This document shows positions 19,469 to 28,221 of a DNA stretch of 64,000 bases, one piece after another. The notes below the pieces were generated by a model, which saw only the letters and a list, made by a program, of their open reading frames with translations, was not told the origin of the DNA and did no database searches. The DNA is from an uncultured Clostridia bacterium (lineage in GTDB: Bacteria > Bacillota > Clostridia > Christensenellales > UBA3700). The stretch is taken from contig CAMFVQ010000058.1 of the NCBI GenBank assembly GCA_945992255.1, positions 25,292-89,291 of the forward strand. Reading direction: 5' to 3'. The position numbers and the translations under genes were made by a program. Position 1 is the stretch's first letter, and the number at the start of each line of letters is the position of its first letter.

Positions 19469-20902
19469 CTATAGAGGTCTCCTAAGAAGGCGACCGCCGA
19501 CGTTGGAGTACGTGTTCGTGGCGGAATTGTTCGCGTAGAAATACCAAGGCCCAGCGTAGAGCGAGCTATTCCAGCTGCCACCCACGAAGACCACTCTATA
19601 CGTGCTACTTGAGTAATAGCCGTAGTCGCAGTAGTATGTAGTGTCTGAGCCACCCAGGTCTGTGGGAACTTGTACGAACGGGTTAGTCGCGTCATAGCCA
19701 AGTTTTTTAACCCTACTGTTGCCTCCAGTTACGCCGTTATAGCTTACTGCGCTATAGTCAGCAGGTAAAGAACCACTTACGTACTTTGTAGGGTCCTTAC
19801 AAACGTAAGGCTTAAGGCTGTTAACCGTTATACCGTCCATCCATTGATATACGTTGCCGTACCAGTTCTCCACGCCTCTGTATTTCATAGCGTGTTTGCC
19901 GTCCGTATTGCTTATCTCGCTACCGCTGGCGGTAAGGACGCCGTCAGTTCTGCCGGAGGCAATAGCGGCGCTGTTGCCGTTTGCGTAGCCGTACATAATG
20001 CTCTGCGCGTTCGTGGTTGCGAATTCTACCTTAAAGAGGTCCTGCAGCATTACGTGCGCCCAGATATCATACTGCTGGTAGCCTGTTCCGTTCGCCTTGC
20101 AGGCGTTACGCATATTGTTTATATTGATATTTACTAAAGGACTTGCTCCGCTTACGCTCTTAGCCAAGCTGGAGGAGCCGGAGGCGGTATACTTACCTAT
20201 GTCTACGTAGTCAAGCTCTACGCCGTTGCCGTCTGTAAAAATAGGGTTGAGTAGCCACGTATCGTCCGGCTTTTGAACGCATATCTCGGTCTTTTTGTAG
20301 CCGTTCTCGTCAAAGGTATAACGCGTATAGTGTTTAGGTACGCGCATAAACACGTTGCCCTTGTCGTCGGTTACCTCCGTTATATCGCTCCAAGGTCTGC
20401 AGTTGTCAAAGTCGCTGGTAATAGATCCGTCAGCGTTAAGCGTGTAGCCAAGCCCCACCGCGCTGTCGCCCCTTGTAAGTGTAGGATTGCTTGCGCCCTC
20501 TCCGGAAACGCTGAATATTTGAGCCTCGCCAAAGTATACGGCTACCGTGTTTGACGTGTTTTCTGGTACGCCCTCCCCGGCCGCTACTACTCTTACGTTG
20601 TGCGTGGCGTTGTCGTTTGGATTTACGTCGGTTAGATCTATCACAAAAGGCACCGAGGCGCCCTCTGCGGTATAGTCTACCGTTTTTACTAGTACGTCGT
20701 CTATGTAAACCTGTACGCCTGTTACGCCGTCTATTAAGCCGTATACCTCTATGCTTATAGAACTTGTCTTTTCTACTCTCGGCCTAGAGGTATATACGAC
20801 CTCGTTACTAAAATTACTGTCCTCGTATCCGTCTGCTGTTACTTTTAGCTTTAGCGTATACTGTCCGTATGGTAGCTTAAGCTCCTCTAAGTTTTTCTCC
20901 AT
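19469..20902 (-). CDS. Tail-fibre/receptor-binding protein with a C-terminal FGE-sulfatase/C-type-lectin-like domain (DGR target)
   Basis: Start at MEKNLEEL behind AGGAGG. GVENWYGNVYQWMDG and GGSW motifs. The VR lies at the extreme C-terminus. Confidence 0.8.
   Translation of the reverse strand: MEKNLEELKLPYGQYTLKLKVTADGYEDSNFSNEVVYTSRPRVEKTSSISIEVYGLIDGVTGVQVYIDDVLVKTVDYTAEGASVPFVIDLTDVNPNDNATHNVRVVAAGEGVPENTSNTVAVYFGEAQIFSVSGEGASNPTLTRGDSAVGLGYTLNADGSITSDFDNCRPWSDITEVTDDKGNVFMRVPKHYTRYTFDENGYKKTEICVQKPDDTWLLNPIFTDGNGVELDYVDIGKYTASGSSSLAKSVSGASPLVNININNMRNACKANGTGYQQYDIWAHVMLQDLFKVEFATTNAQSIMYGYANGNSAAIASGRTDGVLTASGSEISNTDGKHAMKYRGVENWYGNVYQWMDGITVNSLKPYVCKDPTKYVSGSLPADYSAVSYNGVTGGNSRVKKLGYDATNPFVQVPTDLGGSDTTYYCDYGYYSSSTYRVVFVGGSWNSSLYAGPWYFYANNSATNTYSNVGGRLLRRPL
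19484..19594 (-). repeat. DGR variable repeat (VR), encoding the C-terminus of the tail-fibre protein
   Basis: Encodes ...VVFVGGSWNSSLYAGPWYFYANNSATNTYSNVGGRLL. The TR counterpart reads MVNVGGNWNNTLNAGPWYFNANNSATNTNSNIGGRNL. Confidence 0.9.
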
Positions 20903-20911
20903 GTGCACCTC

Positions 20912-22183
20912 CTATTCTAAAGTTACTTTAAATTGTAAGCTGTCGTTACCGTTGTCGCCACCACCGTCTTTGCGGTATTTTACGTAGACAAAGTGCTCTT
21001 GACCGTCGTTTGGTATCGTGTAAGAAACGATAGGCTGTGGGCTGGTAGAGGATTTGCCCTTAAAGTTAGCAGCGTAAAGCGTCGAGCTGTCCTCTGTGTT
21101 AGAGCGAGCAAGCTCAGTATCGAGCTTGGATAATATACCAAAATCGTAGCTGCTCTCGCCGCTATTTATGCACTCGAACTTCGCTGTCGCTTCGCTACTA
21201 CTACTGAGTACCACTTTGCAAAGCGCGTAGGAGCTCGGTTTTCCCTTATTCGTGCTTTCGTAGTAGCCATTTGCGTTAAGCTCAAATCCGTAAGTTACAC
21301 CCTCTATAGCCTCAACGTAGCAGTTCTTGTAATCTATTACCGAGAATACCTCAACCTCGTTTGCGTAAAGGTGGAGCTGTGTAGCGTATCTCACGCTCTG
21401 CATATCCAGCGTACGACCATCGTTAGCGAGTACGAGCTTAGGCGTATGCAGCTTTAAGGTATCCCAGGCTACAGCCTCTACTGATATATCACCTTGTACG
21501 TTAGCAACTGTTATAGTCCCTGCGTACTCGTCGTATATATACTCTACGGGCTCTCCGTCGGCTGTTACGCTAATTGCCTCTGGCAAGTACTTACCCTCGT
21601 TAGGAACTAGCTTAGCGCTGTATGTTTGTCCGTCTAAGATTTTTACGGCGCTGTTGCTGTTTGTTAGGTTGGTAAGCTCGTTAGTAATAGCAAGCATTTT
21701 AGCTATAAAAGCGGTACTGCCTGGCGCGTCGTTAAAGTTGTTGCCTTTGGCTGCTACCATAATGCTATGCGTTCCTACGTCAAGCCCAGTAAGGCTATAA
21801 CTCGTAGAGGTTATGGTAGCTATCAAGTTACCGTTATCGTAAATTTTATAGCCGGTTACAAAGTTGCCGTTGGAACTTGGGTTTGTGATCGTAAAGCTCG
21901 TACCGTTTCTAGTGGTACTTACCCTATTAAGCGTAGGCATAGCTGTACCGCCGATATAGTTACCTGTTACGCCACCTATGTTTACGCCATTTTTAATATT
22001 ATCCGCTATAAGCGTTACCGGCTTTTCTACGGTTACCTGTACGAGTACGCTACCGTCCGTGGGCGTAATAACCTGATTTCCGGAACCCATAGAGAGAGGT
22101 ACCGTCTTACGTTCCTCCGGTTTAGCAGGAGCCAACCCTCCGCCAGATCCTACGAGAGTTAGAGGGTTTTTTATTCTAGCCAT
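20912..22183 (-). CDS. Phage tail-fibre/baseplate-associated protein (beta-rich, Ig-like repeats)
   Basis: ORF with an AGGAGG SD. The call rests on its position in the tail-fibre block. Confidence 0.45.
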   Translation of the reverse strand: MARIKNPLTLVGSGGGLAPAKPEERKTVPLSMGSGNQVITPTDGSVLVQVTVEKPVTLIADNIKNGVNIGGVTGNYIGGTAMPTLNRVSTTRNGTSFTITNPSSNGNFVTGYKIYDNGNLIATITSTSYSLTGLDVGTHSIMVAAKGNNFNDAPGSTAFIAKMLAITNELTNLTNSNSAVKILDGQTYSAKLVPNEGKYLPEAISVTADGEPVEYIYDEYAGTITVANVQGDISVEAVAWDTLKLHTPKLVLANDGRTLDMQSVRYATQLHLYANEVEVFSVIDYKNCYVEAIEGVTYGFELNANGYYESTNKGKPSSYALCKVVLSSSSEATAKFECINSGESSYDFGILSKLDTELARSNTEDSSTLYAANFKGKSSTSPQPIVSYTIPNDGQEHFVYVKYRKDGGGDNGNDSLQFKVTLE

Positions 22184-22184
22184 A

Positions 22185-22568
22185 CTAACCTCCTATTTCT
22201 ATACGGAGCGTTACGCTCTCGGTTGGCTGCGCTACGCTGAATACGGTAATTGCTTGTCCGTCTACTGCGCCTATTGTAAAACCGTACTTAGCAAAAGCTA
22301 GGGCGTTATCGTTAATAAGTTCTACCAGCGTGTCCGCCTCTATAGTCGTAGCGGCTGTTACGGTTGTAGAGTAGGTAAACGGCGCCTTATCAGCTAAGGC
22401 GCTCCAAGCGTTTACCGTAAAGGTCTCTGCAGTAGGTTTTTTCCGTACAGTGCCTGCCCACGTGTCTATCGCCTTAAAGTTATCATTATCAGCGCTAAAC
22501 TGAGTAGGCACGTCCGTTTCAGCTTGCGGCAAGTCTACCGTCAGCCCTAAGTTACTTGTCAATGCCAT
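22185..22568 (-). CDS. Phage structural hypothetical protein
   Basis: ORF with a GAGGAGG SD, in the tail-fibre block. Confidence 0.45.
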   Translation of the reverse strand: MALTSNLGLTVDLPQAETDVPTQFSADNDNFKAIDTWAGTVRKKPTAETFTVNAWSALADKAPFTYSTTVTAATTIEADTLVELINDNALAFAKYGFTIGAVDGQAITVFSVAQPTESVTLRIEIGG

Positions 22569-22590
22569 ACCACACCTCCTCTACTTGCCT

Positions 22591-23067
22591 TTACTCGGTT
22601 GTCGCGGTATTCTTGAGGCTTATAGTCATATCGCCGGGGCGTATAATGGCTATGGTGCTTACAAGGTTGTTGCCAGGGTGCAAAGGCGTAATAAGTGCCT
22701 CAAATGCTAAGAGGTCGTTACCGTCTGACGAGCCAAAAAGGCATACATGGGTACACTCGCCCCAGTCTTGAACTATTTTCTCGGTATTGTCGTAAGTTTC
22801 CGGGAACGTGATTTGCAAAGAGTTTTTTACGCTGCCGCCGTCTGCCTCGTCAGTTACGGATCCAAAGACCGTGGAGCCGTTACTATTGCTGTAGCTTTTG
22901 GTATTGATAGCTACGCGCTTGTAAGAGCTGTTATTCGGCTCGGTTACGCCGGTGCCTGCAATAGTAGGGGCTGTTTTTGAGAACCCTACGTAAAGAGGGT
23001 TGCCGGTATACGTAGCTGCGCCTGTAAACCAGCTAAGTATACGCTTTGCGCCTAAGTTAGTAATCAT
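22591..23067 (-). CDS. Phage structural hypothetical protein (tail-collar-like N-terminus?)
   Basis: ORF with an AAGGAG SD. The MITNLGAKRIL...YVGFS pattern is reminiscent of tail-collar fibre N-termini; the similarity is weak. Confidence 0.4.
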   Translation of the reverse strand: MITNLGAKRILSWFTGAATYTGNPLYVGFSKTAPTIAGTGVTEPNNSSYKRVAINTKSYSNSNGSTVFGSVTDEADGGSVKNSLQITFPETYDNTEKIVQDWGECTHVCLFGSSDGNDLLAFEALITPLHPGNNLVSTIAIIRPGDMTISLKNTATTE

Positions 23068-23085
23068 AGTTTTATCTCCTTTTTA

Positions 23086-23991
23086 TTAAGTTTCTATATA
23101 TGTAAGGCTATCTACGGTTTGCCCCTCAAGGCTCGCTATAGTAATGCCTACAAAGTCTGCTATTACTGCTCGTTTTATACATACGGCTTTTACACCTAAG
23201 CCAAACCGGGCCTCCACCTCGGCAGCAGCCGACGCTATGCGTATTAGCTCCGCGCTTACCGTTATGTTGTCGCTTGGCAGTTCTACCGCTACGCTCTCTG
23301 GCTCTACGGGTTCTACGCTGTCGACCTCTAGGTCTATGACGTTATCAAGGTCTATACCTATCTCGCCTACCAGCTCCTCCATAAAGATTTCACTGGGCGT
23401 TAGGCCTATGGTTAACTCGTCTCCTAGGTTTACGTCTCCGCTTGTTAGCGTAGGACTTATAGTTGTTATCAGCGCCGAGGCTGCTACGAACGCCATAGTA
23501 TGCAATACGCCAGCGTTTACAGTATCGAGGCAAACCGTAGCTACCGTACCTAGCTCGCAGTCCTGTATATTGAACTTGGCTATTGTGGCCTTACGGTCGT
23601 ACCCTAGTACGCTAAGCTCCGTAGTAACATCTGTATTTACTTGCTCCGTGGCAAGCGTCAAACTGTCTACGGCTATGGCGCCGAGCTCAGCCTCTCCTAT
23701 ATACTCAAGCTCAGTAGCCGCTAGGGCTAAAGGATTCGCTGCGCTTATGTTGTCGTCAAGCTGAACCTGTAGGTGTACCGTAGAGAGCGCCAGAGCTAAG
23801 CAGTCTACGGCTTTTTTAGCGCTTATACCCATAGGGAGCGCTATAGCCATCTGCGTCGGCAAGCTCTTAGCGTCTATGCCTTTGAACTTGCTATACAGGT
23901 AGAACTCCAGCTCCTCCGGTATGGCGGCTATCGGCTTACCTCGTGCTACCATGTAAACGAGGATCCTCTGTTTCCACTCTAGGTAGTTCAC
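23086..23991 (-). CDS. Phage structural hypothetical protein
   Basis: The tracked ORF starts at a TTG (24036). A GTG at 23991 lies behind GGAGG and overlaps the upstream stop as GTGA, so it is preferred. Confidence 0.45.
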   Translation of the reverse strand: MNYLEWKQRILVYMVARGKPIAAIPEELEFYLYSKFKGIDAKSLPTQMAIALPMGISAKKAVDCLALALSTVHLQVQLDDNISAANPLALAATELEYIGEAELGAIAVDSLTLATEQVNTDVTTELSVLGYDRKATIAKFNIQDCELGTVATVCLDTVNAGVLHTMAFVAASALITTISPTLTSGDVNLGDELTIGLTPSEIFMEELVGEIGIDLDNVIDLEVDSVEPVEPESVAVELPSDNITVSAELIRIASAAAEVEARFGLGVKAVCIKRAVIADFVGITIASLEGQTVDSLTYIET

Positions 23992-24971
23992 GTCTCTGCC
24001 TCCGTTATATAGCAGTAGAGGTTTATACCGTCGCAAAAGAACGACATAATCGTTACTGCGTTCTTAGCAAGCTTGGTAAAGCGCGTAGTCTCGTAGCCCC
24101 TCTCCATATATTTAAGGGGGTAACCGCTATTATTAGTAGCGGTTTGTACCGTACACTCTGCGTCGCCGGTTCGTATGTTTACGCCGCAGTAGAACCCGTG
24201 CTTGACGGTCTCCGGCACTATAAGCTTTAAGCTCGTTATCCCGGTTGCCTTAAACGTCTTGTCTGTATTGTCTACGAGCGTGTACTCTATGGCTGTAGCC
24301 GTGTCGTCCTCTGCTGTTTGGCAAGAACCTACAAAGAGCGACCATACGTAGCTTGCCGGGGTTGTGGGCGCCGTTTTAGCTACGCAAGCGCCTATGTACT
24401 TTTGTCCGGGCTCCCACGTCGTCGTCATGTTAGCGCCGTCCGGAGAGGCTGAGTATCGAACCCACGCGCTCAGACCGTTAAAATCGCCGTTATTCGCTTT
24501 GTTTTCAACGGCAGTAGCTTTAGCTAAAGCCTCGTCCGCTTTTGCTATCGTTTCCGCTAGAGTGTCCGGGCTTGCTACTGCTACCTTTTCGTAGTCTACG
24601 CTCGTAGCCGTTACAGGTACTATTACCGGAGCCCACACCGTTTTTATAAGGTTCTCCCCCGTTCCCTCCGTAGCATAAAAGACTAGGATAGTGTTTCCCT
24701 CTACCGTCATAGAGGCAGGGAGCGTAAAGCTCTCTACACTAGCTATAGCGCCAAACTGCTTAATAAAGTACTCGCCTTTAGCGTTACGCATATATACGTG
24801 TCCGCTTTGGCCTACGTAGACGCTCGGATATCGTACAGAGAACGTAGTAGCTCCTACCTCCCCTGCTATTACCGAATAGCCGCCGGCTTGGGTTGCCACT
24901 ATAGTCGCCAATCCGTCTACAGCTTGTCTGCTGCGTTTGTTTTCTAAAAGCGTAATGTCTATGTTTGCCAT
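23988..24971 (-). CDS. Phage structural hypothetical protein
   Basis: ORF with a TAGGAGG SD, in the baseplate/fibre block. Confidence 0.5.
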   Translation of the reverse strand: MANIDITLLENKRSRQAVDGLATIVATQAGGYSVIAGEVGATTFSVRYPSVYVGQSGHVYMRNAKGEYFIKQFGAIASVESFTLPASMTVEGNTILVFYATEGTGENLIKTVWAPVIVPVTATSVDYEKVAVASPDTLAETIAKADEALAKATAVENKANNGDFNGLSAWVRYSASPDGANMTTTWEPGQKYIGACVAKTAPTTPASYVWSLFVGSCQTAEDDTATAIEYTLVDNTDKTFKATGITSLKLIVPETVKHGFYCGVNIRTGDAECTVQTATNNSGYPLKYMERGYETTRFTKLAKNAVTIMSFFCDGINLYCYITEAET

Positions 24972-24980
24972 ATATACCTC

Positions 24981-26066
24981 CTATACTGCTATCGCTGGAG
25001 CTTCGTATCCCAGGTTAAGCTGTAAGCGCTTTATGCAAGTCGGTGGCCAGTCGGACATACCAGAGTATCCGCTCGTAGTAAGCGTAAGCTTTCCGTCTGT
25101 ACCAAGAGTGCAAGACGGTACAAACGAGAATACGCCGCCCCCACCGGCTCCGTCGAGAAAGTATCCGTACGCTACACAGGACACGCTCATTTGCGTTTTC
25201 GGTCTAAAGTTCGTAGGAACCGTGAATATCCATGTGGCCGATCTACTGTCTCCGGAACTTCGCGTTATTCCGTTATTCTCTCCGCTATCTGGGTACTCTA
25301 TTTTAAGGTTTAGTATTACGTAGTTACCTTGCCTATCGACTTTATTCTCGGTAGCACTACCATTAGGCAAAGTAATGCTACCCGTTCTAAAACCCAGAGC
25401 ATCGAGCCTCCCTCTTACGGTGTCGAGCTGTTGTTTTATCGTCTGCCCGGAGGTGTCACCGCTCGGATAGTCGGCGCGATTACTGTCCTCGGCTCTGTTA
25501 GCGTAGTCCGCTCTAAGCGGATTGCCTATCGTCTTTATGCCTAAGCCCGTCCAGCTAATCGAGCCTGTTACCGTACCGGAGGTATTTACGGAGAGCCTGT
25601 ATAGCGGCATTTGGTATTTGCCTATAGGGTTCGTTATAAGGTTATCCTGGTACGGTGGCGTCCAGCTTGCGCTAGCTCCGTTATCGTGTAGGAGCAAAGA
25701 GCCTACCGCCTCTACGGGGTTGCTAAGATCCCACTCAAGATATACGAATAGGTACTTAGTACCGCTACTAGGAGCTGTGCCTACGAGCGTTACGTCATCC
25801 TCGCTTTGTATGTCATATCCGTAGGCGGTTGCCATACCTCTGCCTACTGTTATGGTCTGTACGTTAGCTGCGTTAAGCGGCCACATAAAATTAGTGTTCG
25901 CTGAACGGCTAAGCCCCGTATCGTTTGCGCTGGAGTAAAACGAGTTATCGAGTACACCGCAATCGTGCCCTCTAAGTCTACGCAATGCCTCTGCTTGGAA
26001 CCTAGCGTTTATTAAGTTGGCGTTTGTCTCGGCGTTACCTGCTGCCGCTACGTTAAGTCGTGCCAT
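24981..26066 (-). CDS. Phage baseplate/fibre protein (hypothetical)
   Basis: ORF with a TAGGAGG SD. The call is position-based. Confidence 0.5.
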   Translation of the reverse strand: MARLNVAAAGNAETNANLINARFQAEALRRLRGHDCGVLDNSFYSSANDTGLSRSANTNFMWPLNAANVQTITVGRGMATAYGYDIQSEDDVTLVGTAPSSGTKYLFVYLEWDLSNPVEAVGSLLLHDNGASASWTPPYQDNLITNPIGKYQMPLYRLSVNTSGTVTGSISWTGLGIKTIGNPLRADYANRAEDSNRADYPSGDTSGQTIKQQLDTVRGRLDALGFRTGSITLPNGSATENKVDRQGNYVILNLKIEYPDSGENNGITRSSGDSRSATWIFTVPTNFRPKTQMSVSCVAYGYFLDGAGGGGVFSFVPSCTLGTDGKLTLTTSGYSGMSDWPPTCIKRLQLNLGYEAPAIAV

Positions 26067-26075
26067 AAAATCCTC

Positions 26076-27305
26076 CTATGAGCGCACCAGCTTATGCTGT
26101 TGCAATTGTATTATATCCGTGTAGTTTAGCCGTATTTTGCCAAAAATGAGCGTTACCTGGCTGCTCTCGCTATCCTCTTTACGACCGGTATATATACTGT
26201 GCATGACCTTGTCGTCGTAGTTGTCGGTAAGCGCGTCCTCGTCCGTCATTTCTTGTAATTCCGGTACTATAAGTACGGCGTCGCCTATATTAAGATTTTT
26301 AGGGTACATAGCGCTGTTACGGTCTATAACTACGCTTATGTAATGGTTATAGTCTCCGTATAAGAGGTTATCCTCCGCTACCGTTTTAGCTGTCGCTCCG
26401 TCGTCGTTCTCTTGATCTAGCTCCGCAGTTATTAGCTTATACGGTTGTACCCTTGTATTGCTGTTCGGGTTGGTCGTTACTGTGTTATCAATCTGTAGAT
26501 AGTAGGTGGCTATAAGCTGTTTAGTAGACTGGTCTAGTACCATACAGACCGTAGCCTTAGCGGAACTATCCTCCGCGTGGGTTATGCGCATACTATGTAC
26601 GTTGTTTTTAAGCAGTCTGCCGCCTGTGGTATTCCTGGAAACGTAAAGCTCTATATAGGCTCTACCTACCTCAAAAATCAATCGGAATTGTACAACTACG
26701 TTGTGCGTATTAAAAAGCTCTACGAGCCAGTCTCTTACGTTAATACTATTGTCTTTATACGACCATATAGCTGGAACGTTATAGCTACCGTCCGTCTTAG
26801 TTCCTCCGCCAGAGGTACGCAGCCTTATAGGTAAGCGCCTGTACTTATCCGTCGCCGCTACCGCGAAAAACGACGCCAATATTTGTGCCGTATCCTCTAC
26901 AGCGTCATACAAGTATTTTACCTCAGTCTTTGTCCCCTCGTTTTCGTTAATTGCTACGCGCATAGGGTTGAGCATATTGTCGTTGCAGAGCTCTAGCATA
27001 CTCTTATAAAATATTTGTAGCTTTGTATTGTCTACGGAGGTTACTACGCCTATGTCGTAAGCACCCGTATCGTCTATAAGCGCTATAATTTGCCCTGCCA
27101 CAGCTTTCGTAGGACGCGAAATATTTATGGTTGAGTTATTAGAAACTAGGTAATCGTTGTCTATAACGTTGCTTGCAATGGCTCCTCCAGAGGCATATAC
27201 TAGCGTATCGTAGTTGCAAAAGCTTTTAGGCTCTCCACCTGAGGGGGTGTACGTCCAAGTATATGGCTCTGGGAGCTGTTGTAGTTTGTAAGTCCTGTAC
27301 TGCAT
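26076..27305 (-). CDS. Tail-associated (Tal-like) baseplate protein
   Basis: Second gene after the tape measure gene. Its start overlaps the upstream stop (TAATG). The call is position-based. Confidence 0.45.
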   Translation of the reverse strand: MQYRTYKLQQLPEPYTWTYTPSGGEPKSFCNYDTLVYASGGAIASNVIDNDYLVSNNSTINISRPTKAVAGQIIALIDDTGAYDIGVVTSVDNTKLQIFYKSMLELCNDNMLNPMRVAINENEGTKTEVKYLYDAVEDTAQILASFFAVAATDKYRRLPIRLRTSGGGTKTDGSYNVPAIWSYKDNSINVRDWLVELFNTHNVVVQFRLIFEVGRAYIELYVSRNTTGGRLLKNNVHSMRITHAEDSSAKATVCMVLDQSTKQLIATYYLQIDNTVTTNPNSNTRVQPYKLITAELDQENDDGATAKTVAEDNLLYGDYNHYISVVIDRNSAMYPKNLNIGDAVLIVPELQEMTDEDALTDNYDDKVMHSIYTGRKEDSESSQVTLIFGKIRLNYTDIIQLQQHKLVRS

Positions 27306-28213
27306 TATAAGACCCTTACCTGCTCTGTGTAGCTTACCTTTACCTCTACCCCCTCAATAGTACCAAGGTTAAATACGATTTGGTTATTACCAGGTAACAG
27401 CTCTACAAAGTTTATATACTGAGGGCTCGGCTCCTGGTGGTCTTGTACGTCGTCCGTATTATCGCCGTACTGCACCGTAGCCTCCTGGTCGCTTTGCGTG
27501 CTGTCTATTACCAAAGTACGACCTGGAGCCAAGCCTATACCCTCAAGCCACTTGGCATATTGCCTGCTTTTACCGGAGGAGCACACCCACTCCAAAGTTT
27601 TAAGGCTCTCGCCCGTTTTTATGTTCTTGATCTCTACTCTGCAACCTATACGCTCGCCCTCGTTAAGTATATCGAGATAGAGCTTTCGCTCGCTTTGGTA
27701 AAAATATGGATACACGAACTGGTATACGTGAGGGTCTCCTATAACCTGACTTACCGTGCTTGCTATAGTAGTATCTCTGCGCCACATAGCGCTTAGCGGT
27801 GTGCAAGTTATTTTACAAAGCCAGTAGCCCGTTTTAGCGTCTTGCTCTCCGCTCGTCATCTTGTTTATACGTACCCACTTGTACCATGGTCGATCTATTT
27901 GGCTACGTGGGTCAATCCGACCCGTAGGATCGTAGAAAAACTGCAGCTCTTGCGTATAGTCGCCTACAAATTCGCTAAATCGCTTTAAGTGCTCCGGATT
28001 TCTAAAGTACATAGTACCCGTTATAGGTACTTGCTGCGGTTGCTCCTCGGTTACGACAAAGTCGTTTTTTATCCTAGCAAAAGCTAGCTTGCTCTCAAAA
28101 CCGGTACCGTCCAGAGCGTAAAAGAACGAGCAATTAAAGGTATCGGTTATTTTATCCGGGCGTAGATTCCATATATCCCCGGCTTTATTTTTAAACCAAA
28201 TTGTAGGTCTCAT
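27305..28213 (-). CDS. Distal tail protein (Dit-like)
   Basis: First gene after the tape measure gene, with a size typical of Dit. The call is position-based. Confidence 0.5.
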   Translation of the reverse strand: MRPTIWFKNKAGDIWNLRPDKITDTFNCSFFYALDGTGFESKLAFARIKNDFVVTEEQPQQVPITGTMYFRNPEHLKRFSEFVGDYTQELQFFYDPTGRIDPRSQIDRPWYKWVRINKMTSGEQDAKTGYWLCKITCTPLSAMWRRDTTIASTVSQVIGDPHVYQFVYPYFYQSERKLYLDILNEGERIGCRVEIKNIKTGESLKTLEWVCSSGKSRQYAKWLEGIGLAPGRTLVIDSTQSDQEATVQYGDNTDDVQDHQEPSPQYINFVELLPGNNQIVFNLGTIEGVEVKVSYTEQVRVL

Positions 28214-28221
28214 AAGCCCTC

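Noticed and set aside
19125-19701. ORFs 19125-19340(-), 19150-19332(+), 19221-19439(+) and 19462-19701(-) as real genes (e.g. an Avd)
   Set aside because: They overlap the TR, the VR or the target gene in alternative frames and have no SD. Their sequences are low-complexity translations of the repeat. None resembles a basic four-helix-bundle Avd.
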